The notes below the pieces were generated by a model that was given only the letters and a program-made list of their open reading frames with translations, ran no database searches and was not told where the DNA came from. A stretch of 63,875 nt of DNA, counting the filler, from Neolecta irregularis DAH-3 (taxonomy: Eukaryota): assembly GCA_001929475.1 (NCBI GenBank). It is 15 parts of 15 records of this genome, joined end to end, with 100 filler letters (N's around TTAATTAATTAA, not from the genome) between each part and the next. Parts side by side here need not be neighbours in the genome. Positions count along the whole stretch, not along the records: positions 1 to 29,270 come from LXFE01000129.1; positions 29,371 to 31,394 come from LXFE01000131.1; positions 31,495 to 38,340 come from LXFE01002237.1; 12 more parts are not named here. The stretch is one strand, 5' to 3'. The first letter of the stretch is position 1; every line of letters begins with the position of its first letter. Below are positions 25,569 through 36,188 of the stretch, piece after piece. The position numbers and the translations under genes are program-made.

Positions 25569-25632
25569 TATCAATCATCAATCATCAATCATCAATCATT
25601 AATCATCAATCAATCATCAATCAATCAATCAA
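25569..25632. repeat. (ATCA)/(ATCAATC) microsatellite
   Basis: tcaatcatcaatcatcaatcatcaatc... is directly visible. Confidence 0.85.
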
Positions 25633-25665
25633 TTTTGATCAATTTTAATTGTTTCAAGTTACATA

Positions 25666-25937
25666 CAGTCAAACCTGGATATAACCAATGTGGCTTGGCA
25701 GCCAATTCAAGCCCATGGGTGCCAAGCCCAAGTCAGTAGCACGGCCCATCTGCAGTGGTTGGTACACAGAGCAATCTTTGCTCAATTGTAATAGCAGAGC
25801 GGCGTTGAACGAATTTTGCATTAATCTAACAAACTTTGTAGTATGGTTAAACCCGATACAAATCAATTTTGACAGAGTTGGATTCGTTATAACGGGTAAT
25901 TTGTTATACGGAGGATCCCTATAGCCAGGTTTGACTG
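25666..25937. mobile_element. Tc1/mariner (pogo-like) MITE, 272 bp
   Basis: The left TIR is CAGTCAAACCTGGATATA and the right TIR reverse complement is CAGTCAAACCTGGCTATA (17/18 match). Both are flanked by TA (25664-25665, 25938-25939). Confidence 0.85.
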
Positions 25938-26403
25938 TACATGAATCCATCATTTGAGGAGAAAGGGGAATTCAAATCAATCGAATTGAGAGTGTATTTA
26001 TTTCAATATATTTCAATATCTGAAATAAACAAATAGGAATAAAAAGGAACAAGGAACAAGTTAAATAAAGCCAAACATATCCAATACTTGAAAAATGGGC
26101 AATTTTAAATAAAATAAAGTAGACTTGAGATTTCCCTTGCTGAAAGAGTGAAAGAATGAAAGAATGAGAAAAGGTAGATAAATGATATTTCTAAAGGAAA
26201 TAATAAAAGTATAACGTACATTAACCAAAAAAACACACAAGCACACAAACACGCAGAGCACGAATGAAGTGCTACAAGTCTCATCCAATATCAAAAAACA
26301 GAAAAAAGAAGAAAATGCCCGCCAATTCAGAATGAAAACTAATGAAAACGTACCCAAATGATTTTTTAAAAGACGAGGTTGATGAATGGGAATAATGGAG
26401 GGG

Positions 26404-29164
26404 TTAAAATCCAGCGACGACGGCTCCTCCTTCGATTTTACTTTCCCAGTATTTACTGTAATTGTGCATCACGTCTTCTGGGCTTTGTGTAAAAAATGGA
26501 TCCCACGGTTCTTCTTCTTGCTCTTGTTGAATCGGTTGAGAACTCGGACGTAAACTCTCGTCAACTTTTGGCAGCGCCTCGGTTTCAGATGAAGATTGTT
26601 CAGTTGGTTCAGCAGACGGTTCATCGAATAATGAATCTTTATCGTCATCTGGACTAGAGATATTAGGAAATAAACTTTCCACTGCAAAAGATTCAGTTGA
26701 TTTGCCTTCATCTTCTTTTGGAGAAGTAAATAAAAACGGTTGGGGAGTTTTCAACAAGGCATTAGGTGAAACTCCCTTTCCTGATTCGCCCAACGAACCG
26801 GGTACCCCGAGTTTGGAATTTTTAAAAGTACAAGGTGATGATGCGCAAGATCCTTTATCCAATGTTGAAAATAAATATTCCCAAGGCGAACAAGTTGCAT
26901 TTTGTAATTCTTTTCGTTCTTGGGCTTCGCGGTCGAGCTGTTTGGCAACGTTATCTTCTTGTACGGGGGGTTGAACGGTAACAGTTGGAGCTGATACTGG
27001 ATTTTCTTTTGGAGTTACTAATTCAGGTGCAGCTGATTGGGCAGGAGGTGAAATCTTCTTCTTTTTGGAAGGGGGTAGCTTAAGATCGGATATCGTGTGT
27101 TTCATAGCAGCAGCCACGAATGAAGGAGACGAACTCTCGATAGGTATAGGGTTTGCAGCAGCGATTGGTGCGGCGGCGCCTCCATGCTGTTGTTGGCGAG
27201 CAGCTACAGCAGAAGCAGCTGATTTTGCAATATTTTTGGGAGTGGGCAATGGGTTTCCTTCTTTGAGAGCGTTATGTGCATTCGAAACATATCCTCTGAC
27301 GAACTGAAAGTATTTTCCTATTTGTTCGCGCATTTTCGTGAGATGTCCTGGTGTCATGATGAATATATTCTGAGCAAGCTTTTCATGTTGTTCTTTAAAC
27401 ATGTTTTTCTGAATGATTAATATAACAAAATACAGCTTTAATACCAGCCAGATGAGTCGTTTGGTGTTGTCTTCGCTGCCAGTAATTTGCAAGAATAATG
27501 GACATAGAGCTTCGATGCGAGTATACATTGGATGCATTGAACAAATTCCCTCTCGAACAAGAGCCTGATCTTGGGGAGATAAAGCGATTGGCGAGTTTCG
27601 AACTGGGTTTTCAAGAACCTGTTTAGATAAAATTTGGACTCGTTTTTCCAATCCCTCGGTGTTATTTTTGCCGCCTTGGGCGAGGATACGCTGCACAACT
27701 TGGGTTTCTGCGATTTGTGCAGGTCGAACGGCGGCAGGGGGTGAAGGAGGATGAGGGAGTTTCATCTTTGGTGTTGAGACGGTCTTTTTCTTTGGCGTCA
27801 TGGCTGGAGTCTTTGTGGATTTTGGGGGAGAAGTGGCAGACTGTTGGGGTCGAGGGGGTTGATAGGAGTGACCAGCCTGGCGTTGGTTTTGGGCATTTAG
27901 CCAGGCCTGCTGTAATATTCTGGCGTGGACTTGGTAAAAGTTTTTGGATTGTTCGAGGAGTTGGGGTGTTAGTTCGCCCTTTCTAGCGAGTTCGTGAACT
28001 TGGGTCCAAGTGCGAATGCCGTCGGGCAAGCCTTGCATTTTTGCGAGGAGAGGGGGAGGGATTGGGTTATTTCCTGGTTCGAGGTTTGCGATGATATTTG
28101 AGGAAATGAGATTTTGGGGGGCTTGAATCTGGTGCTGGTAGGAGGGCAGCTGTGACTGGGGCCTGGGGGCTTGAGTGGAGAGCAGGTTGTGCTGGTTGAT
28201 GCGTTGTGTAGTCAGGTGTTCTTCCCAAGGAAGGAGGAATTTGCGGTACAAGGCTTCGAGCTGCAAGGCGGAGCTGAGTTCGAAGCCTAGGGCGAGGCCT
28301 AGTTTTGCCCAGTTTTGGCTTGTCTGCTGAGCTTTGTAGCCGCCACTTTTGTTGACGAAAAAGTAGAACTGGTAGAGATTGACGTGGCGGCCGCCTATTT
28401 TTGGGACCTGGTCGATGGGGGTGCCTCGTGCTTTCATGAATTCTGAGAGGGACTGGAAGAACATTTGCTGGGTTGCGTTTATCATTTCTGGGGAGAAGGC
28501 TGGGTTTGCGGGAGGGCGAGGTTGGGAGGGTCTCTGCTGGTGTGTGGCCGAATTGAGGAGGCCCATTTGGGGGGGTTGGACCAGCTGGGGTTGGGGCGGG
28601 GACTGGTGGGGTTGTGGTTGCTGCTGGTGCATACGTAGGGCAAACTGGGGGTTTTGCAGTTGGGCAGCTGAGGACTGTTGGACCATGACCTTGCCGTAGG
28701 CCTGTTGCATAGCGGCAGAGAGCTGCTGCTGCTGCTGTTGCTGTTGTTGCTGTTGTTGCTGTTGCTGCTGCTGTTGTTGCTGTTGCTGCTGCTGCTGCTG
28801 CTGGGACAGCGACTGCAGGGGTCGCGGGACGGAAGCGGAGCGGGCTGTGATCTGGGCCTGGAGCTGCTGGATCTTGCTCTGGCAGACCTGCAGGTACATG
28901 GGCTGGGGTTAGCAGGGCCGAGAGGGCGGGGTACGCCGGAGGAGGCGGAGGTGAATGCGGTGGTCTCGAACCTGCGGACGACGGCGAGGGCCTGTTCTGG
29001 GGGCACCGCGGGCTGGGCGGCGGTGTAGCAGTTGAGGCTACGGTCAGGCCGGGCCGGGAGGGGCGGTACAGCATGGCAATTGCATTCTGGCGGTCCTGCT
29101 GGGAGACATGGGCATGCCAGGCGCGGTCGAGGGGGTCGCGGAGGGGCATGGCGGGGTTGTGCAT
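26404..29164 (-). CDS. MED15: Mediator subunit Med15/Gal11 with KIX, polyQ, inserted ARID domain, ABD1 and C-terminal Med15 region
   Basis: KIX-like WHAHVSQQDRQNAIAMLL...VRRFETTAFTSASSGPMYLQVCQSKI, assembled via 32-nt introns 29038-29069 and 28903-28934. Gal11 ABD1-like IPPPLLAKMQGLPDGIRTWTQVHELARKGELTPQLLEQSKNFYQVH. C-terminal segment LFLQITGSEDNTKRLI...IFIMTPGHLTKMREQIGKYF. Confidence 0.8.
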
Positions 29165-29370
29165 GGCGGGGCGGCAGCGGGCAGGCGTTGCCGTGAGCAG
29201 GCGGGCGGGCAGGCAGCAGGCCGCGCGGGTCGAGGCCCGTGCCCGCCCCGCTGCCCGCCTGCCCGCTGCGNNNNNNNNNNNNNNNNNNNNNNNNNNNNNN
29301 NNNNNNNNNNNNNNTTAATTAATTAANNNNNNNNNNNNNNNNNNNNNNNNNNNNNNNNNNNNNNNNNNNN

Positions 29371-30610
29371 GCAGTAACGGGCGAGGTGGGCGGGGCGATA
29401 GCAGGTGAGAGGGCAGGCGATGACAGGCGAGAGGGCGGGCGATAGCAGGCGAGAGGGCAGGCGATGACGGGCGAGAGGGCAGGCGATGACGGGCGAGAGG
29501 GAGAGGCGAAAAAGGACGAAAAGGAGGAGGGGGAGCATAACGGGTGAGGTGGGCGGGCAGGACAATAGCAGGCGACGTGGGCAGGCGATAACAGGTGAGA
29601 AGGGCAGGCGACAAACTTTAGAATGCTTTCGTAATGGTCTTTGGCGGCATCTTCTCTAACTAAATCGACCTTGTTTTGCAGGATAATAATGTTCCGCAGC
29701 TTCATAATTTCAATTGCTGCAAGATGTTCTGATGTTGGGGTTGAGGACAAGTTTCGTTGCCAGCAACTAGAAGCATAGCTGCGTCTATGACTGCTGCTCT
29801 GTTCAACATGCTCTGTTCGACATGGTCGCTATGAGAATATCATGACCAGCTCAGTCAACAAAGGAGATGTGTCGCGCGCAAGGAGGATTGAAGGGATATT
29901 CGGAAGAGTACGATCTATAGCAGGTTGGATGAGGGCACTCAGTGCACCTGTAGATCTACAGCTCAACAGGATTCCAAAAAAGATCGGGTACTTTACTATT
30001 TGCATATCCAAGTTTGATCATGATATTGCTTTTGAGTTCATTCTTAAATTGGACAGTCTGGACACCCGAAATTGCTTTGACGATTGTAGACTTTTATTAA
30101 TATATCCATCCATAAGGTCTACATGACCTATATCTATTAGTTTCTATTAAACAGAGAAACAAACCAATAATCCCAATATTGAAAGTCACTTGTCGATTTT
30201 CAATTTAATGATCGATTCTCTTCTGACTCATACCTCGAGGAGAAGGGCAGAAGCAATGGGCGAGAGGTCAGGGGGATAGCAGGCGAGGAGGGCAGGTGAT
30301 AACGGGGAGAGGGCGGGGCAAAAAAGGACGATGAGGGGGAGCAGTGACTGGCGAGGTGGACAGGCAGGACGATAGCAGGCGACGAGGGCAGGCGATAACA
30401 GGTGGGAAGGGCAGGCGATACCGGGCAACGAGCGCAGGCAATACCGGATGACGACGAGGAGGGGGAGGGGGAGGGTTAGCTGTGATAATGGGCGAGGAGG
30501 GCGGGGCAGGGTGAGGAGGGCAGGCGATGACATGAGAGAGGGCGGGCGATGATGGGCGAGAGGGCGAGACGAGAAAGGATGAGGAGGGGAAGGGGAGAAG
30601 TAGCCGACCA
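29371..30610. repeat. GC-rich purine minisatellite (GGGCAGGCGAT/GACGGGCGAGA-like units) in two blocks, 29371-29610 and 30240-30610
   Basis: Directly visible. The two blocks share an approximately 100-nt direct repeat. Related tracts occur at 40290-40480, 44655-44803 (reverse), 58280-58335 and 59346-59400. Confidence 0.85.
29611..30235 (-). pseudogene. GCD11: Degenerate fragment of translation initiation factor eIF2 gamma (G domain)
   Basis: [49 protein letters not shown] and [28 protein letters not shown]. It has an in-frame stop, a frameshift, a small duplication and intron remnants. Confidence 0.9.
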
Positions 30611-30788
30611 AGGATAAACTGGAGAGGATGAAGGATGTGAGTGGGATGGGGGATTATTGGGAGATGTAGGGAGCAAGGAAATGGAGGCTGGCAGGAGGGG
30701 TGAAGTTGAGGGCATGGGTTTTGGTAATCGGGAGGTTGTTGACAATTTGGCTACGTAATTTCATTATATTGTCAATACTACTCTTCAA

Positions 30789-31394
30789 ATGACTTCGAAT
30801 TCAACATCCTGTATTCCTATTGATCAATCATCAGACTCAGAATGTTTTGACCTAAATTCTGAGTTGGTTGAGTCACAGTCCACCGCATCCAGATACAACA
30901 GAGAGGAAAGTGATGCCTCTGATCCATCACCATGTAGGAAACGCCGCAAGACAACTGCAACTGAGATATGGGCCTATGCGCGTGGTGCCCACAATCAGGA
31001 ACTCGAACGAGATGACTTTGGCCATAAGTGTTGGTACTGTGCTAGATGTGGTCAGCAATGTGCATCACTCGGTCGAGCTCGAACACACATGCTTCGGTTC
31101 CATAATGTAAAAGTACAAAATGAAGCTCTAACACCGGTTCAGCAGGCCAAGAAGAACACTTTGGACCTTATATTTGGCCGCCAGTCTCAGCTACAGCAAG
31201 GTCGTGATTATGAGCAGGAACGACATCTTAAATCTGCAATCAACAAGGAAGCATTTGATGAAGCGCTGGCTCAATTGATAACTGTTCATAACCTCCCATT
31301 TCAATGTGTCCAGTGGCCTGCTCTACACTCCCTTCTGTACTCAATCAACTATACTGCTAGTAAGCTCTGTTTGGCCTCGTGTGCATCAGTTCCT
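30789..31394 (+). mobile_element. hAT-family transposase N-terminus (BED zinc finger), truncated by contig end
   Basis: EIWAYAR...KCWYCARC...RARTHMLRFHNV (BED CCHH) and FDEALAQLITVHNLPFQCVQWPALHSLL, typical of fungal hAT transposases. Confidence 0.8.
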
Positions 31395-31494
31395 NNNNNN
31401 NNNNNNNNNNNNNNNNNNNNNNNNNNNNNNNNNNNNNNTTAATTAATTAANNNNNNNNNNNNNNNNNNNNNNNNNNNNNNNNNNNNNNNNNNNN

Positions 31495-31713
31495 GAGGAG
31501 GTTGCAACTGGAATTATAGCAGTGAGGTTCCCGGCGGATTTTACAGCAGAGCTTTTGGCACTGGTTTTTGAAGTAGCAGTAGAGCTTCCGGGTGCTTTTG
31601 TTGTCGAGTTTCCGGTGGCAACGATGGTGGTGCCGATTGCAACGATAGCGGTGCCGGTGGCAGTAGGTTGAACTGTGCCTGTCCCGATGCCTATGTCCGT
31701 GATGACACTCAGA
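31495..31713 (-). repeat. 219-nt near-identical copy of part of the GPI-protein gene (36298-36516)
   Basis: By-eye alignment shows 5 substitutions. It is isolated by a linker and a short N gap. Confidence 0.9.
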
Positions 31714-31772
31714 NNNNNNNNNNGACCAAATACGGCTGTACCACTGGCCATCATTCTTCATCCACGCTCAAT

Positions 31773-33376
31773 ATGCAGAACGATCGCAACTTCATATCTC
31801 CTCAACAGATTGGTATTTAAATTCCTTGGCTATAAATGCATTGAATAACCAGAAGTTTACCACCATGAGCCAAGATGTAAACGACCTCTAAGACCAAATC
31901 AACCAAGCTCCTTGTCAGACACTACACAGCAGTACACTAATTTCAGTGATGTTGTTAACGATCTCAAATATGAACCATTAAGAAATGGACCCTGTGGAGG
32001 TGTAGAAAGAAATCCAAGGATGTCCTTTTCCTCCAATTTGCCCCGTCATAATCGCGCAATGTCTGGCCCCCGCCCTCTTCCTGGAAGATCTTTTGCCAAG
32101 AGAGATTCTGTTCCAGTAATATCTGTGGAAAATAATGAAATAATTCTCCCGGTTGCTAGTGTTAACACGAAACCTCAAACAAGAAGATATGGGATTGATT
32201 CTACTCTGTCGGGAGGTTATATACTGCCATCAGACCCTACCATATCAATCCCATCGGAAGCCTCTAGATCTACCTCATGCTCCCCGAGGGCAGATTTTAA
32301 ATCGAATGGCCCTCGATCTCTCATTCAAACCACCGATGAAATACCCTTGTTCTCGATGCCGACAATAGAAATCACTGCTGAAACAACGCCACCCATGTCA
32401 TCAAATAGGCTTACAACTCCTTCTAAGACAAATTCCTTATCCAAAACAGCAGCATCAGTAACACCACTAATGTCAATTACACCAGAAGTACACATCTCAA
32501 AGAATCCACCATCGCCGCACCCGATACCCGCTGGAGAATTGAATTCACCGAGACCATTTCTTCCTCCCAAGTCAAATCAGCATGCGTCGGCTTGTCATTC
32601 TCTTCCAAGAATCCTGCCCTCTAAACCAATTCACCCTGCAAAAAGCATTTCAGGGCTGTCCTGTTCATCCTGTTCGACAAACATATCCGGGAGGATTGTA
32701 CGAGCTACGAGGAAGGTGTTTCATCCCCACTGCTTCAACTGTCATCATTGCCGGACAAATCTTGAACACGTAGCATTTTACGAGAATGATGGTGAGGTGT
32801 ACTGCCACTTAGATTACCACGAACTCTTTTCCCCGCGGTATCCATTTATCATATATCCGAAACTGAGCTGAACTGGGATAGTTGTAAACACTGCGACACG
32901 CCAATCGAAGATGTATTGTCCCTCACTTTTCAAACTTACGGAAAAGCAAATTATTCGAGCGTTAGGGAATACTTACCATCCGCTTCACTTCTTCTGTGCC
33001 GAATGTGGAGACCCTTTCGATGTAGATACTCCTTTTATTGTAAAGGAAAATTATCCCTACTGTGAGAAATGTTATACAAATACCTTCTCGCCAAGATGTC
33101 GAAGCTGCAAAAAACCAATCGTTGGAGATGGAGTTAAGGCAATAGGCGGAAATTGGCATCTTGATTGCTTTACGTGTGTGGTGTGTTTCCTTTCGGGGAT
33201 GCCGAATTGACAGTATTTAGAAATGTGAGCGGGGAGTTGGGAAGTTGGGGTTCGTCGTTGCGGGGAGAGGTATGAATGCGAGGCCGAAATGTGCCGGATG
33301 TTACGATTTGGAGATTAGAGAAGGGAGTTGGGAAGTTTCTTCTGGACATACAGAAAATAAAAAACATAACGGTTGA
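31773..33376 (+). CDS. PXL1: Paxillin-like protein with three C-terminal LIM domains
   Basis: Pro/Ser-rich N-terminus, then CSSC...FHPHCFNCHHC...YCHLDYHELFSPRCKHC...YHPLHFFCAEC...YCEKCYTNTFSPRCRSC...WHLDCFTCV. Confidence 0.85.
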
Positions 33377-33905
33377 GGCGAACAGCGCTAATATGTCGAG
33401 TTCCTCTAATGCAACATTCGCCCAGGTAGTTATAATTCACATAGTATTATACGTTTACATGGTAAGCCGGTTGAATCTAATAATTTATAATTCCTTAAAA
33501 CTGAAGAGCTTCAACAAGTTCTGTAGACATTGAACCTGGATATGTTGGTGCGCGTTTGTTGACCTACCTGATCTATTTTCTACAACTAGTCGTTTCCCAT
33601 TATTCGGCACCTTGCTTTCTGTCAAATCACCTTCGAATGTGAATTCGCCACTAGTTCGGACTTAGTAAATTTATCGCACTATCCTTTTCACTATAATGCG
33701 CCAAGAGAGACACGGAGATTACGATGCCTGAAGAGTCCGACCTATCTTTAATTAGATCATACAAACCACACCGCCACGAGTCGGGCATCAAAGGTTCACC
33801 TCGTTGCTTCACCCTTAAATTACTTGTAAACGATTTCAAAGTCGCCTTTTTAAATCTCGGGTATCTGGTCTGCGTTAATCAACCCAGTAGTGGGAAAATT
33901 TCAAA

Positions 33906-34166
33906 ATGATTTCCACATCAAGATCATCAGTGACGGATCAGACGTCCACAATGACTCCCGATCTTGAATCCCAGAGAACCGTTTCACCTCCGCCTCCGTA
34001 CAAGGCCCGAGAAACCAATAGTCCTGAAATCAATGGGGAGACTACCCGTAGGCAAGACGTGTTGTGCGCCATCACGAGCAAAAGAATTTATATTATCGTC
34101 GCAGCATTGATGCTATTGATTGCTGCGGGGCTGTTATCAGCGTCGCTTGTGCTATCTCTTAGATGA
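33906..34166 (+). CDS. Small tail-anchored membrane protein with PPPY motif
   Basis: 86 aa with DLESQ...SPPPPYKA and a C-terminal hydrophobic helix IYIIVAALMLLIAAGLLSASLVLSL. Confidence 0.5.
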   Translation: MISTSRSSVTDQTSTMTPDLESQRTVSPPPPYKARETNSPEINGETTRRQDVLCAITSKRIYIIVAALMLLIAAGLLSASLVLSLR

Positions 34167-34256
34167 TTGCTGTTTCTACCTGGATAAACAGCAACAGAGG
34201 CTGTTGAAATGTTTGAAATCAAAACTTAATGAAGACTAATTCCAAGGCTTTCTTTA

Positions 34257-34507
34257 TGTAAGTGTTGGAGCTCAACTACAATAAGATCAGGTTATATTTC
34301 CTTAATCTAAATTTGTAGGCGAGTGAGCTTCACATACCTTAATATAAGCTTGTAGGTGTGTGAGCTTAGACTAAGATATGTGAGCATAGCCTTTATATAC
34401 ATTTCTATCTAATGTCCCTTATATTTTATCTGCGACATACTTTATTGGTCTGGGTATATCCAGGTAATACCTGAGTTGTAAGAATATAGTCAAAGTATAT
34501 ATTACCA
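34257..34507 (+). mobile_element. Probable solo LTR remnant (TGTAAGTGTTG family)
   Basis: The start TGTAAGTGTTGGAGCTC...AATAAGATCAGGTTATATTTCCTTAATCTAA matches copies at 39672, 47936 and 59115. The 3' end is approximate. Confidence 0.55.
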
Positions 34508-34896
34508 ATGCAACTGGGTAATGAAATCAGTGTTGAGGCCAGGCCAAACAGTCACACCAACATTGCGCAACGTTACACCAACGTCACACAACGTTGTACC
34601 ATGTAACACCAGGCAGGACAAAGTAATAGAAATGCAGTAAGGATAAGTGAGCTTATATGCTTACAATAATCTTATATTGTATCATCCCAATATAAATTTC
34701 TTCATATCATATTGTCAAAATATGAAAAAACCCATATGGTAAGTTTAGATGAATATAAATAACCAGTGCCTTATTTTATCATTAAAACACATCACTCTTT
34801 CTCTTTCAACCACCTTTTGTTTAAAGTATTACCTCGAGTTTAAATTATTATACCTAATTTATTGAAGTTTACTCTACCTTTGGGAATACAACCAAT

Positions 34897-36081
34897 ATGA
34901 TATTACTCCAAGAATCTTTGCATTCTCTCCAAGCTCCTTCTATAGTATCAAATCAATCTAGCTCAAGAACAACATATCACACTCAAAAAGACTGCCTGGT
35001 AGAGCAACAGGTACTCAAGAATCATAAAATTGGTAGTCATCTTGTGGCTGCTTTAAATAAGAGGAGGGATTCTATTATACCAAAACCTGTAAGACCAGCA
35101 CCATTGACTACGAAGAGAATTCCTTCTTCAACTATGAAGTCACTAAATCCATCAAGGATGATCAAGAATGTTGTGTTTGAGGATAGTACCATCAAGGAAA
35201 ATATTAAACCTCCAGGTCCCTCAAAGATACCAATACTTGTTCCTAAAAGGGAGAATAAAGGCTCTGCGATGCCCATACCTTTGTTGACAAGCAAAGAAAA
35301 CAAGATGACAGTAGAACACAGAAACGCATTGAAGAAGCAATTTCCACCTCCGCTCCAAGCATCCCCTGTCAGAAACAAACACAAGAGGGCGAGCCGAGTA
35401 GGCTCGCATCTAGCTTCCATTCGATCAAGAGGTTCATCATCTGACCTTGCACAAAAACAAATATATAATCCAGTTGAACATTCACTTGATATCCTGCACC
35501 TTGATGCTCTGCCGTCTCCTTATCTCCAGTCTACTCAGAGTTCAGAACTCAACCTCACCAGATCCTGGCATAAACCAGCTTCTCTTCTTAGTCTCCCGCT
35601 ATCAGTACCGCGACCTCGCAACCTTCTCAAGCGCCTTCTCCATCCATTCAAAGTGCAAGAACCAAGCACGGTACCAGCGTTTCACCAATCCGAAGACCAA
35701 AATCCGGTTTTAAATAGAGATCCCTTTGAAGCATCGACTACGACGCCGAGGGACGAAATGTTTCTACCGTCTAGAAAAGCCAAAGTTATTTCAATAAAAG
35801 AAAAGTTGCATCATTTGGATGATATCCGCGGAATTGACAGATCAAATATCGCCTATAAACCCCATAGAGAGCTCAAGACAAAACAGTCGTTGCGACTGCC
35901 CTCAATTTGTCCAGCTGTAGGCGATTCTTTTGTTTTGGAAGAGCTTGGGAACTGGACTGCGTTTGGTCAAGATATATTGGTAGGTGGGAAAACTCGAGAC
36001 ATTAACCCATCCCGTGTGGGTAAACGTAGCACAGATTATGATGACATCGACTTTGCGGTAGAAAGAGAGTTTGGGATTTAA
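34897..36081 (+). CDS. Hypothetical intronless basic, Pro/Ser-rich protein (394 aa)
   Basis: Long uninterrupted ORF with no recognisable domain. Confidence 0.55.
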   Translation: MILLQESLHSLQAPSIVSNQSSSRTTYHTQKDCLVEQQVLKNHKIGSHLVAALNKRRDSIIPKPVRPAPLTTKRIPSSTMKSLNPSRMIKNVVFEDSTIKENIKPPGPSKIPILVPKRENKGSAMPIPLLTSKENKMTVEHRNALKKQFPPPLQASPVRNKHKRASRVGSHLASIRSRGSSSDLAQKQIYNPVEHSLDILHLDALPSPYLQSTQSSELNLTRSWHKPASLLSLPLSVPRPRNLLKRLLHPFKVQEPSTVPAFHQSEDQNPVLNRDPFEASTTTPRDEMFLPSRKAKVISIKEKLHHLDDIRGIDRSNIAYKPHRELKTKQSLRLPSICPAVGDSFVLEELGNWTAFGQDILVGGKTRDINPSRVGKRSTDYDDIDFAVEREFGI

Positions 36082-36188
36082 AGACGTGTGGAAAAGGGGG
36101 TGACAGGCATTTACAATGCAGTTTGATTTTGACTAAAGGCGATGTATTATTAATAATATTAAGAAGAGAGATAGAAATTTCCAGCAGA

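Noticed and set aside
29315..29326. Recurrent palindromic TTAATTAATTAA inside N runs
   Set aside because: It is an artificial six-frame-stop linker, not a biological repeat.
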